A stretch of 64,000 nt of DNA from Selaginella moellendorffii. Lineage: Eukaryota; Plantae; Lycopodiophyta. Position 1 is the stretch's first letter. Every line of letters begins with the position of its first letter. The DNA lies in contig NW_003314323.1 in NCBI RefSeq assembly GCF_000143415.4, positions 314,499 through 378,498 on the forward strand. Direction: 5' to 3'. A program made the position numbers and the translations under genes. The notes beneath the pieces are model-generated. The model had not been told where the DNA came from, made no database searches, and saw only the letters and a list, made by a program, of their open reading frames with translations. This document shows positions 1-11,769 of this stretch, piece after piece.

Positions 1-34
1 TAGTAGTAGAGTCTCATCTCTTTCGAAAAGAGAA

Positions 35-3000
35 ATGGCCTATCGCCGTCTCCTCCTTATTCTCACGCTCGGCCTCTTCGCAGCACCGGCTCAAGTTTCA
101 GGCCAACCGGGTCAGTAGCATCTCTCTCTCATCAGAAAACATCAAACGAAGAAGAACAAGCTCTCATCTCATATTTTGACAGGTTTCTTGAGCCTGGACT
201 GCGGAGCTTTTGACAGCCACACTGATGACAATGGCATCAATTGGACACCCGATGACAGCTTTATCACCACTGGAGTCCCAGCCTCCATTTCAAGCTCCTT
301 GAAAGCGGGCACGGCCATCCTGCAGCGGCTTCGATACTTTCCAGACACCTCCCGGAAGCACTGCTATGCACTTCCGGTTTTGGTGGGAGAGAACTACATC
401 TTGAGGCCGTGGTTCTACTATGACCGCCTGGAATCAACTTTGGCGGAATTTGAGATTATGATTAGTGCAAACACAGTGGTTAACTTGAGGATTAAAGGGC
501 AGTCGACATCGTATTATGAGTTTGTGGTGAAAGCCACGAACTCGACGCTGGATCTGTGCCTCGGAACCCGCTCCGCCTCACCGGCAAACATCCCATTCAT
601 CTCCGCGATCGAGCTCAGAAGGCTCCCTCCTGGAATGCGAGCAAATGCTTCGGATTCCAGTGAGGTTTTGGTCATGTCGAGAAGGATCAACCTTGGAGCA
701 GCTTCGGATTCAGACATCAGGTGACAAACTCCCTCAGATATTTGTATCCTATCTTCTTTTCATCTTAATTCTGCCAGGTATCCTGATGATCCCTACGATC
801 GGATATGGAGAGCTGATAATGGTTTCAGCAACATAAGGAGCTATCCGCGGATTAGCACCAACGCAACGGGTTTTACGGACAAAACTTACAACAAGCCTCC
901 TCCTGCGGTGATGAGAACCGCCATCACCTCCACGTCCGTCATGGTTTTCGAGTTTCCAGCAAACCTCGATGCAACAAAGTACTATGTAAACTTTTACTTT
1001 GCCGAGTTTGGAAACAGCACGAGGGATTTCGTGGTTCAATTCAACAGAAGCTCGTTTCCCACCACACTGACTACGACTAATGTTAGCCTCCAGCCTCAGA
1101 CTTTTGTGCAAATGTACTTTCCAGTTCTTCTGGAGCTCTCCAATCCAACACCCTTCTCCTTCGTCCCAGCGCCGAACGGCTCAATCCTGAATGCGGCCGA
1201 GCTTTTCAAGTACATGGGAGATCTTCTTCCAGGAACAGAACCCGACGATGGTCCGCCCGATTGCCTTTTGTTCCTGAAACACCTTCTGTTTGATTTGCTT
1301 TTTCTTTGCTGCAACAGTGATAGCGATACGGGAAGTGATGAACGATTTTAATCTGTCTGGATGGTCCGGAGATCCATGCCGGCCTGTCTCTTACACTTGG
1401 AGATGGATCACTTGTGCCACAGGCATAATCCCGGCAAGGATCACCGAGCTGTGAGTGAGATTAGGAGGAGTTCCCTCGAGAAAGAACTTATATATATGTG
1501 AATCTACAGGAACTTATCCAACCGTGGTCTCAAAGGCAACATATCCGGATCCATCGCAAAGCTAGCACATCTGACAAAAATGTAAAACTGATGAACATTC
1601 TTAATTTCTCTAAATTTTCATGTGGTTTTATTATCAGATATCTGGATAACAACGCATTGACAGGGCCAGTTCCAAGTTTTAGCTCCTTGAAGAACCTCAC
1701 GGTCCTGTGAGTATGTTGTATTGTTCTAAGAAAAAAACGTAACAGCCTTTCTCTGTGTTCATATCTTACAGGTCCCTAAACAACAACAGTTTCGATTGCA
1801 TACCACCGGAACGACAATCCTCTTTCAAGTCAGAATTTACGTTGTTTCTCTAGTCTGATGCATAATTATATCTTTTTTCCAGCGGTTCAAATGTCCCATT
1901 ATGCGCAAAGGTGCCCGAGAAAATCTTCGCCAAGAAGAAAAGCAACACAAAAATCATAGTTGAAATAGCAGTACCATGTGTAGCGCTACTGTTAGTTGGA
2001 GCTGGAATCGCAGTATGCTTGATCACCCGTCGGCCAGCAAGACGGCCAAAAGAACAGGGACAAGTGAACGTTAGTCCAGGTAAGTCAACGATAGTCCAAA
2101 TAAGCTGCAGATTACAGAGTCCTGGTGGCTTACACGATTTCGTTCTTTCCAGGTTTGACTCCACAGTCTCCAGACTCAAGCACCAGAAAATTCACTTTCA
2201 GAGAAGTGACCGACGCAACGAACAACTTCCAAAAGGTTGTTGGCGAGGGAAGCTTTGGGCCAGTTTATTATGGACGCCTTTCAAACGGCGTTGAGGTTGC
2301 AGTCAAGGTTTTATCGAGCAACTCAAGGCAAGGCCACCAAGAATTCAAGGCGGAGGTGAGTTTTTTATTTGTTAAAGCATAGATTTGTGTTGCTATGCAT
2401 GATTAAAATTTGAACCAGATCGATATTCTATCAGTTGTGCACCACAGGAATCTGGTATCCTTTATTGGCTATTGTAATCAGGGGTCGCAACTCATGTTGG
2501 TCTACGAGTTTCTGTCAAATGGAACTTTGAGAGAGCATCTATATGGTTAGTGAGCTTAAAATTGATCTGTGGGCTATATATATGTTACAGGCACAGGTCG
2601 CCCGACATTAAGCTGGAAAACCCGGCTGCGAATCGCCTTAGACGCTGCTCAAGGTAGGCAAAGTTTTGAGCTGGCAAATTTGGATGGATATATTCTTTGA
2701 ATCAGGATTGGAGTATCTGCACAGTTCATGCAATCAACAGATCATTCATCGAGATGTGAAAACAACCAACATACTTTTGAGCTATGCCATGGTTGCCAAG
2801 GTCAGCGATTTTGGCTTGTCCAAACTTTACGATAGGAATTATGCGTCGCATGTTTCAACTGATGTCAAAGGAACTCCGGGATATCTCGATCCAGAGTGAG
2901 TGAGCATGAGGATATAATTTTTTTTCCAACCATATTAATATGTTGGTTTTCCAGGTACCATTCCTACAGCAGGCTAACGGAAAAATCAGATGTATACAGC

Positions 3001-3352
3001 TTTGGAATAGTACTATTTGAGATTGTTTGCGCCCGTGAGCCCATCAAATCATCGCTTCCAGAGGATCAAGTCGTGCTCTCAAAATGGGTAAGAATTCAGA
3101 TCTTTTGCTCTTGACATTAACTTTTTCTTTTTCCAGGCATGTAAAGAGCTCGAGAAGGGCAACCTGCGGAGTGTGATGGATGAAAGGCTCTCAGGCTACA
3201 AGGAGCAGGCAGCATGGAAGATCTTGGAGGTTGCAATGAAGTGCGTGGAGCATTCTTCTGACAGGAGGCCCAGCATGAGCATGGTTACGGCCGAGCTGAG
3301 GGAAGCGATTCATCTTGAGGAGGATGGAAGCTCACTCTATGGTAGCTTTTAA
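35..3352 (+). CDS. Malectin-like + LRR receptor-like Ser/Thr kinase (LRR-I type), multi-exon
   Basis: Signal-peptide exon from ATG 35 ([15 protein letters not shown]). Malectin-like GFLSLDCG...LRYFP...PFISAIELR...[10 protein letters not shown], then GDPC and short LRR exons ([12 protein letters not shown]), a TM helix ([20 protein letters not shown]) and kinase motifs [49 protein letters not shown]. Stop TAA 3350-3352. Confidence 0.92.
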
Positions 3353-3544
3353 CAGAGGAAGATAAATGATGCGTCTTTTATTCTAAATTTATAACAACTT
3401 CCAAGAATCACATAAACAAAAGCACACATGACCTACATATTTTGGTTATAATAAAATATTTTACTGAACAAAGAAACTAGCTAAACAAGATATTTTAGTC
3501 AAATCGCTCAAAGTAATTGAAAAATTCAGCATTTTGATGAACTA

Positions 3545-4117
3545 GTACCTGAGGCAGAGGGACCCTTGCGGCACTCGTTTAGAAGATCCAGATAAAACTG
3601 GCAGTCACTGCCATTCAAGCTGATACACTGACAGAGAAATAAAATGATAAAGCAGCCATAAAAACAAGAAAGAGCTCTCATACTTGGTTGAAAGCTTTGG
3701 TTTGGTTGCTGCAGGTAACAGTGGAAACAGCAATTGTTGGCGATGCATCAGCAAGTTGGAAAGTGTGGGGCCACATCCACTTGGGCTGTGCCAAGTGCCA
3801 TTCCTGAAATCGCTCAATCAGTTCCATTCCAGGAACATAAGGGGAGAGAGAGCATCTTCTCTTGAGAAAAAAAGAGTGAGACATTTTACTGTGGGCGACC
3901 ATGCTGCCCAGTCCACCAACTATGCCACTGACTGGAACTGGAGCCCGCTGAGGGGCTGGGGCGTAATAAACTACACAAGAATCAGAACGTCAATTCAAAG
4001 TGGCCCTCCTGGCTGGGGCGTAGACAGGAGGTGGCCGAGCTAGATGAAAAAAAAAACGCTTAGAACTGGGAAGAACTAAGTAGCATTCTGCATACCACCA
4101 CCACGGCTATGTGGCAT
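3545..4117 (-). pseudogene. CHCHD2/Mix17-like mitochondrial twin-CX9C protein, probably frameshifted
   Basis: Manual splicing gives MPHSRGGG...APAPQRAPVPVSGIVGGLGSMVAH / MALGTAQ.. / ..TCSNQTKAFNQ|CISLNGSDCQFYLDLLNECRK, i.e. two CX9C motifs. The MALGTA segment and the CHCH segment lie in different frames within one apparent exon. Confidence 0.6.
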
Positions 4118-5869
4118 AGGTACGATAAGCAGAAGAGAAAAGAAAGACAATGTAGGACGGAAGCTTTAGCGCCGGAGTGCCTTTTATTCCGGCGGATGCT
4201 GGTGGTCTGGCAAGTGTCCATTTGCTAGCAATCAGCGCCTTGACCAGTTGACTTTCATGGCCTTGACTTTGAGCTTCCAATTCTTTCTTTGAACCATAAA
4301 AATACCTGGTTGGCTTTCAATACCGGTTTAACCAATGATTCCAATGTATAAACCAATATACATTTGCCATTTGGCTCATGCCAGCTTGGACGACTCCCTC
4401 ACTCACATGACAATATAAAATCTGTGAGTAATAGGAAAGAGAACCTGTTCATCCTTTCAAGCGTCCAAAGTCAATCGTGGTATACCTCGTCCTCTTTCTC
4501 AGGCATGATGTTCGTCGGAAGATCTCAGGCCTTGGCACCTGGTTCTATTCCCCAAGTTGCGATTGACTGGGAAGGGATCCAACCATCCATAAAACCATGA
4601 CGACAAACCTGCAGCACAATAAGCTGCCTCTTCTAGCCTTAAGCTGAAGCCGCCTGCCATTAGTTTGCCCGCTACATGCGGGCATACGCATCGGGGTGAA
4701 GCAATATTTACCTCGTTCTCTTTCAGCAAAAATGAAAAACCCTCGCTCTTGTGACAGATCAAATTCTGGCACGCTTCTCAGAGATCCTTTGGCCAGTCTT
4801 TGCGGGCAGCTCGATCTGGAAGAGTGTTCCAAAATATGGCTTTCCTGGAACACAAACAAACTCACCATTTCGGCAGCTACTGCCAAATTTCCAGCCGCCC
4901 CCGCGCAATATTTCACCCCTATGCCACTGACCATCGCACGGCGCCATCGTCGCCGCGCTCGCTCGCCATAGCTAAATAAAAGTTTTGTGTTTAATATTGG
5001 AAATTGATTTTTCTTGTGATTGCTCAACTTAATTTTTTTTTCTTTAGAGACTGCATGCAATCGGGTCTCATGTCAGTTGAAAGATGTTCATGGAGTGTCG
5101 CCTTCTAGAGGTGGCAACCAGTTGGGCAAGTCAAAGAAGTATCGGACGATAAAGAGAAAACCAAAGAGGAAAACCCAGCAAAAGATCAAGAAAGGAAAGA
5201 AAGACCAAGAAGATGCTTCGGTTTTGAAAGCTAGCTGTGAGATTGAGAGTTGGTAAGCATTGCGACATCGTTTGAAAGTCCGCCTTCTTCAACGAAACAG
5301 CCAGAGGTGATGGCTCACCGATAAAGGTGTGGAGCTTAGCTGAGCTCTTATGTTTCCACTCGCCACCAGCGCCTCGAGCATCGCGTTCCACGCGAGATCA
5401 GCAAGAGTGCCCTCTACGCTGCCGAGAGTCCGCATTCTTGTCCTGGATTGCTGGCTGCTCTAGCTTGGCTCGTCAATTACGACGACAAGGCTCGAGAAAT
5501 CAAAGGGAATGGTGGTGGATTGGGCTACGGATTTTATTTACCTCACCCAAGCTTATGACGAGTTTCAACTCGTGCAGCATGCAGATCAGCAATGTAACCT
5601 TAGTGATCAGCTCTGGAAAGATTCCATGATCCACGGGCATGAAATTAAAGCCAAGAACTGGCACGCACTGCCTGCATGGCTACACGCGGTGCACGAAGGC
5701 CGATCCCATCGGCATGGAAACCATTCTGGAGCATCTCTCCAAACAGCTCGATTGCTCGCCCGCAAAGAAGACCCGGAGTTTGGGAGCTCGATATCTCATG
5801 CCTGTTCATCCGGACGAGGTGGTGATCGAGGCATTAATTGGATTGAAAGAACAAGAAGTATGATCATAG

Positions 5870-6790
5870 CTTTAACTTTGGCAAGATCTTCAATGCCATC
5901 TTTAGTCCGATCCTGCGACGCGCTTCCATGGAGATCTTCGGCTGGTCCATCTTGTTGGGCTTGTTTGGCAGTGGGGTTTCGAGCTTGGGCACATCTGTTT
6001 CCAGCTTCTCAAGCTTGTCCAAAGACTTGAGACCTTAGATCTTGCACAATGCCTCACTGGACTCGCATAGGAGCCTCTTGAGGATCTCGTCTGTCAAGCT
6101 GTGGTTGACATCCATCCTCTCCTTTGCAACATCATACTTTGCTTTGCAAGATCGAATCGTTGCTCGAGTCTTCCTTGCTCCTCCTTGTGCCGCTCTTCCA
6201 GCTTGTGCAGCTTCACTACCAGGACTATCCCGTCCTCTTGGAGCCTGCCTTGCTCTTGAGCGCTTCCTGCCTCTTGCAAAAGCTCAGGAGCTCCTCTCCC
6301 TGCTTATCCAACTTTTCCATTACAAGATTGCTGAAGCTCTCGTGTTTCATCTTGTGCTGCTCGTCCAGCTTGCGCAGTGCCGCTTCCACATCCGCTTCGA
6401 GCGTAATCTTCTGCTGCTTGCAAACGCTGAGGAACTCCTCTCGCTGCTCATCCATCTTTTCTATTACAAGATTGTCGAAGCTGGTCTGTCCCATATCTTG
6501 TGCTGCTCCAGTGCCGCTTCTTGAGCTCTCACATCCGCTTCGAGCTTGCCCTGCTCGATCTGTGCTGCCCTAGCGCCGCTTCCTGTCTCGTGCAAACGCT
6601 GAGGAGCTCCCCCCGCATCTTTTCCAGTACAAGATTGTTTCTTCAGCTTGCGCAAGGCCTCTTGAACCCGCGGTCCTGCGCTGTGACATCCGCTAGCTTC
6701 TCCTCCTGATTCTTTTGTGCATCGAGCTCGCCCAAGAGAGGTGCTTTCCGGATCGCATCCTCCGCCTGCGCCATCGCTCTGTAATCCATC
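5870..6790 (-). pseudogene. Frameshifted coiled-coil gene remnant with ~3 degenerate internal repeats
   Basis: ORF fragments in several frames repeat the motif NLV(I/M/L)EK(M/L)..EE(F/L)LS(V/F)CK. DNA units containing gag(g)a(a/g)ctcc...tacaagattg start near 6285, 6430 and 6600. Confidence 0.4.
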
Positions 6791-6844
6791 TACCTAGAAC
6801 TTTTCTCCTATTTACAGCCGAGTCCTTCGTCAAGCTCTTGGACA

Positions 6845-9349
6845 CTAGGGAATCCCATCCAGCTTGCAAGCAGTGAGCAGACCCGTGAGAGCAGACAAAT
6901 CCGCAGGGAAAGGCATGAGGCCCAGCAGCTCCGTCGCCTCGTCCAGCCATCCCGAGCGGCAAAACACGTCCGCCATGCAGTTGAAGTGATCCTTGACGGG
7001 CTTGATCCAGAAATCCGCCTGCATTGCCACGAAGAACTCCAGGCTCTGCGACAATCTCCCACTGTGGCTGCTGGAGATCAAGATCTCCGTGAATGTGATC
7101 TCGTCCGGGAAGCACAGCCCGTCCAGGATCATCTCGTGAAACACCGTAGATGCCTCGCTCGTATGCCCGTGCTGAGAATACGCCATCACCATCGCGTTCC
7201 ACGACACCACCGTCCTCTCGGGAATCCGATCGAAGAAACTCCTTGATTCCTGGAGCTCTCCTTGCTGAGCCCACGCCGTGACCATCGACGTCCACGACGC
7301 GGCGTCCCACTGTGGACAAAGGTCAAAGCACCGCTTCGCTTGATCTATTTGCCCAAGCTGCGCATACGCCGAGATCGTCGAAGTCCACGACACCACGCTC
7401 TGTTCTTCCATTCCGGCGATCAGCTGGAGAGCTCTCTCCGCTCGCCCGCTCCTCGCCAAGCCGGCTATCACCGCGCTACACGAAGAACAGCCGTGCCGGG
7501 GCATCCGATCGAGCAGAAGCTCTGCCTGGTCGGTGCAGTCATTGTGGGCGGTGGCGGAGATGACCGCGGCCCACGATACGGGGTTGCGGTGGCGCATCCG
7601 ATCGAACATCTTGGTGGCGCGGGTGGTGTCCCCGGCGGCGGCGTAGGCGGAGATCATGAGCGTGCACAGGACTGTGTCGTGCTCGGGCGCGCGGTGGAAC
7701 GCGATGGTGGCATCGACCACCAGGTGATTCTGTGCGTACGCTCCCACGATCGCGCTCCACGACGAGGAATCCCACGCAGGCATTCTCTCGAATGCGAGCC
7801 GGGCGCTCCTGGCGTCGCGACCGCCCGAGAACGCTTGGATGAGAGTGGTCCACACCAGCGGACACCGCCTCGGGGAGCGGTCAAAGATCTCCCGCGCCTC
7901 GCCCAGCCAGCCACTCTGGCCGTACCCCGCCACTAGCGACGCCGTAGAGGCGGCGTCTCTCTCCGGTGATCGCTCGGATAGCTCCCGCGCCTCCGAGAGG
8001 TGCCCAGCTTGGGCATAGCCCGAGACGAGCTCGCCCCATGCCTGTGCGTCCAGGACAGGGAATCGATCAAGAACAGCGCGAGCATCGTCCAGCCGCCCGG
8101 ATCGAGTGTAGGATTGGAGCAGCGCGTGCCAGGATCCGGAGTTTCTCCTCTCCATCCTGTCGAAGATGGCCCTGGGATCGTGCTCGATGCCGATGAGCGA
8201 GAAGGCGATGGCGTTCCAGGAGATGGTTTCTAGATCTAGAGGGGCTTGCCGGATCATCGCGTGGGCCTGGTCGAGATCGCCGTGCTGCGCGCAGCAGGAG
8301 ATGATGGAGCTCCAGGACGAGGAGCTCCACTGCGGCATCCTGGAGAAGACATCCATCGCGGTGGAGAGCCGCCCTCTCTCGGCGTAGGCGCGGATCAAGA
8401 CGCTCCAGGCGATGGCGTTCCTCTCGGGGATGAGTGAATCGAAGATGATCCCGGCGGCCACGAGTGCTGTTGGCGATGATCCATCGTTGGCATTGGCATA
8501 GATCGTGAGCAGCGTCGTCCAGGAGATCACGTCCCTGGATGGCATTTTCTCAAAGACCATCTCGGCCTTTTCTCTAGAGCGTTGCGATCGAGACTTGAGC
8601 AGCGCATTCCAAGAGACTTGGTTCCTCTCGGGCATTTCAGCAAAGAGGCAATCAGCAACATCAAAATGCCCTAACTCGGCATTTGCGTAAATCATCACGT
8701 TCCAGCATGGGATGCTTCTCTCAGGCATTTTATTGAACAATTGTGATGCCGATTCGATTTCGCCAGCTTTCGCATAAGATGTGACTACGCTCGTCAAGGA
8801 GAAAGCGTCAGCGCAAGGAATCCTTTCAAATATAAAGCTGACGCGATCAAGATCCCCGTCTTTGGCATAAACTGCGATAAGAGAGTTCCAGGAGGCATCG
8901 TTTCTCTGAGGAGTTCTATCAAATAATTCTTGCGCGCGATCAATATTTTTGGCTCTACCGTATGCCGCGATCATCGTATTCCACAACACGGTGCTTCGAT
9001 CGTGGAGCTCTTCGAACATTCTCTCGGCGTGATCAAGATACCCATTGACGGCATATGCCTGGATCATCGCGCTGCAGGACCGCGCGTTTGGAGAATCCAT
9101 GGCGTCAAGAACAGACTTGGCGTCCTCCACGCTGCCACACTTGCCAAACATCTCGATCATAAGATGGGAGAGGTAGCGGCTGCTGTCCTTGAATCGGCTA
9201 TCGGCAATGATCCGGTGGACAAGCCTCGCATCGGCGAGGCTGCTGCTCCTCCCGACGTTCCTCACGATCTCTCCCAGCTCCTGGATCGTCTCGGCTCTCT
9301 GGCAATCGCCCTTGAGCGCGCGCTTGACGAGCTTCTTCCAAGAGATCAT
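6845..9349 (-). CDS. PLS-class pentatricopeptide repeat protein with partial E domain (intronless, ~834 aa)
   Basis: ORF with many 31-35 aa repeats (F..MP.R...SW..MI.AY). Ends PDEITF...HFNCMADVFCRSGWLDEATELLGLMPF; no DYW. First ATG at 9349 (MISWKKL). Confidence 0.93.
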   Translation of the reverse strand: MISWKKLVKRALKGDCQRAETIQELGEIVRNVGRSSSLADARLVHRIIADSRFKDSSRYLSHLMIEMFGKCGSVEDAKSVLDAMDSPNARSCSAMIQAYAVNGYLDHAERMFEELHDRSTVLWNTMIAAYGRAKNIDRAQELFDRTPQRNDASWNSLIAVYAKDGDLDRVSFIFERIPCADAFSLTSVVTSYAKAGEIESASQLFNKMPERSIPCWNVMIYANAELGHFDVADCLFAEMPERNQVSWNALLKSRSQRSREKAEMVFEKMPSRDVISWTTLLTIYANANDGSSPTALVAAGIIFDSLIPERNAIAWSVLIRAYAERGRLSTAMDVFSRMPQWSSSSWSSIISCCAQHGDLDQAHAMIRQAPLDLETISWNAIAFSLIGIEHDPRAIFDRMERRNSGSWHALLQSYTRSGRLDDARAVLDRFPVLDAQAWGELVSGYAQAGHLSEARELSERSPERDAASTASLVAGYGQSGWLGEAREIFDRSPRRCPLVWTTLIQAFSGGRDARSARLAFERMPAWDSSSWSAIVGAYAQNHLVVDATIAFHRAPEHDTVLCTLMISAYAAAGDTTRATKMFDRMRHRNPVSWAAVISATAHNDCTDQAELLLDRMPRHGCSSCSAVIAGLARSGRAERALQLIAGMEEQSVVSWTSTISAYAQLGQIDQAKRCFDLCPQWDAASWTSMVTAWAQQGELQESRSFFDRIPERTVVSWNAMVMAYSQHGHTSEASTVFHEMILDGLCFPDEITFTEILISSSHSGRLSQSLEFFVAMQADFWIKPVKDHFNCMADVFCRSGWLDEATELLGLMPFPADLSALTGLLTACKLDGIP

Positions 9350-9358
9350 CGTCACGAG

Positions 9359-10425
9359 TCATGGAGGAGCGATCTGATTCATCGCCGGCCTTCTTCGCGA
9401 TGGCTGCTGCTTGTAGAAGCTGGAGAGAAGAACATAGTGCGCGCCATCTGCTGGATGGAGCTCCGCGGCATTCGCTGCCGCGGGATCCGCGCGAGTCCCA
9501 TCGCCGTGGAGCGCGCTCGAATTCAGCAGCATCGACCACGCGAGATTGTTTGGAAGGAATGGCATCCTCTCGACCCACCGCCGCGTTGAGATCCTCTGGA
9601 AGAACACCCTAGAGCCGCATTGCCGAGAAGAGATCCAGCGAGCTCGCGATCTGGCCGTTCTGCGCGTATCCAGCGATCATCACGTTCCAGGAGATCGCGT
9701 CGCTCCGCATGGCGTCAAAGGTCTCCCTGGCATCGCCGAATGCCAGCGCCAAGGAATTGCAAGCCACGGGATCATTGTAAGTCATCGCCTGGAAGATCGA
9801 TCTCGCCTCATCTAGCCGATCCATGAGACGATGCTCCGCGTCTCCATCGGCAGGAAGAAGTCCCAGATCCGGCAACTGGCCCGTACCACAGCACAACATT
9901 TCGGTCCGGCATGGAATTAAAGAAGAGCTTCGCGTCGTCGATGGTTAGCTCCGCAAGAAGCAAATGTTGCGAGCATAAAAGACCATGTCACAGCATTGCG
10001 TTACATCGAAAATAGTCTTCTCGTATTTGAATACCCAGAGTTGTGACACTCTACAAGGACAAGTTAAACTTGCTAAAGATGCCGAAAATGGGTAAATTGT
10101 GCTAGCATGGATTCGTTGCGATGGCGCATAGCAAAGGACACGAATTGTGCTTCCTACAACTGCTGGTTTTGAGTGTAGCCGACTAGAATAGTCCATCCAG
10201 TTGGTGTGTGGGAGAGAGATATTCGAGGACTTCTAGGGTGTGGAGAGAATGGAAGATTTGGAAGCGTCAATGGGAGATAAAACACCATGTCCTGCTAGTC
10301 ATCGAATCAAACACAGCCTTGGCGCGATCAATCTGCCCGGCGTGGGTGTAGCACTGGATCATCGTCGTCCAGGTGTTGGCATCCAGCCTGTCCACAAACG
10401 CCTTTAAGTTCCACGAGACGATATC
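9359..10425 (-). pseudogene. Deleted/decayed copy of the PPR gene at 11717-13579
   Basis: Near-identical E-domain fragment (LAWSMLLNSSALHGDG..HYVLLSSFYKQQPSRRR), DAISWNVMIAGYAQNGQIASSLD, and a stop-riddled ILVGYTQNQQL*EAQFVSFAMRHRNE near 10120-10195, collinear with the intact copy but with large deletions. Confidence 0.88.
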
Positions 10426-10719
10426 TAGCCATCCAGCTCAAGCACAAGGAGATGCCCGGACTCGTGAAGAAACCCGAGTCATCCGCGTGAAAAGTTTTGC
10501 TCTTTCCCTCTTGTAGCAGCTTAATGTCTTGGAGGACATGGAAGCTCAAGATTGTGAAGCTACATAAAGCTCTTGTGAGCTAGCTGTTTTAGAAGCATTG
10601 CAAATTTTGAAAAAGACAAAATTTGAGAAAATACAAGCTTCTACAAGACTAAGCTTTCAAAATAACTCAAAACAACTAAACTTTCACAGAAAGAAAAAAA
10701 AACAATAAAAAAGGGTCTT

Positions 10720-11135
10720 TCGTACCTCTTGAAAAGCTCTCATCTGGTTGCTGCAGGCATCAGCGGCATCCTTGCAAGAATGAAAAGAGCAAAAGAGACA
10801 GTGTAGAAAGCTAGCACCAGACCGCCTTTTATTCTGGCGTAATTAATCGGATGCATGGGCGTTTTGGTGACCAGTTGACTTCATATCCTTCACTTTGAGC
10901 TTCCAATTCTCAACGTAAAAATACTTCTGCATGCAATACATATTCAAATAAAACTTTGGTGGTGGGTTTAAATATTAGTTATTGTAAGCTAGCAGATCTT
11001 CTTCCTCTTCTCCTCCATTTTCTTGAGCGATGCCCTCCCTGTGAGACTAATAGTTGTATGCATTGGCACGTCGTTTACAAAGTCCGCCTTCCTCGACTCC
11101 AAAACAGCCACTTCTAAAGGTGTGGAGCTTGGCTT
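10720..11135. repeat. Collapsed duplicate of parts of 3680-4290 and 5255-5345
   Basis: Shared blocks in the same order: ggttgctgcagg; ccttttattc.ggcg; ccagttgactt..cctt.actttgagcttccaattct; aagtccgcctt...aaacagcca...taaaggtgtggagctt. Confidence 0.7.
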
Positions 11136-11215
11136 GCGAACCATTCATTTCCCGGTTTTCTCAAGCTCTTCTGCCTGCTGCACGAGTTGAAACTCGTTAT
11201 AAGCTTGCTGAGATA

Positions 11216-11769
11216 CTAAAATAAAATGAAATCGCTGCTTCTCGTCCAGGAGAAAGCGTCAGCGCACAGTATTCTTTCCACGATAAAGCCCACTCGTTCA
11301 AGATCCCCGTCTTTGGCATAAACTGCGATGAGAGAGTTCCAGGAGGAGGCCTCGTTTCTCTGTGGCGTTCTATCAAATATTTCTTGCGCGCGATGGATAT
11401 GGTTCACTCTACCGTATGCCGCGATCATCGTGTTCCACAGCGTGCTCTTCGGCGTGATCAAGAGGATGGCATATGCTTGGATCCTCGAGCTCGAGGACCG
11501 CGCGTTTGGAGAATCTATAGCGTCAAGAACAGCCTTGGCGTCGTTTACGCTGCCACACTTTCGAAACATCACTGGATCATAAGATGGGAGAGATAGGGGC
11601 TGGTGTCATTGAATTGTCTATCGGCAACGATCCGGTGGACGAGCCTCGCATCGCTGGGACTCCTGCTCCTCCCAACGTTCCTCACGATCTCTCCCAGCTC
11701 CTGGATCGTCTCGGCTCTATGCCAATCCCTCTTGAGCGCGCGCTTGACGAGCTTCTTCCAAGAGATCAT
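11216..11769 (-). pseudogene. Truncated, frameshifted copy of the 5' end of the PPR gene at 6845-9349
   Basis: MISWKKLVKRALKRDWHRAETIQELGEIVRNVG... and KCGSVNDAKAV...WNSLIAVYAKDGDL match the N-terminus of the long PPR; indels, then truncation near 11240. Confidence 0.9.

Noticed and set aside
4360-5863. Possible small genes (minus 4.4-5.0 kb; plus 5.5-5.86 kb)
   Set aside because: Splice-like signals and short ORFs exist, but I could not assemble a coherent or recognisable protein.
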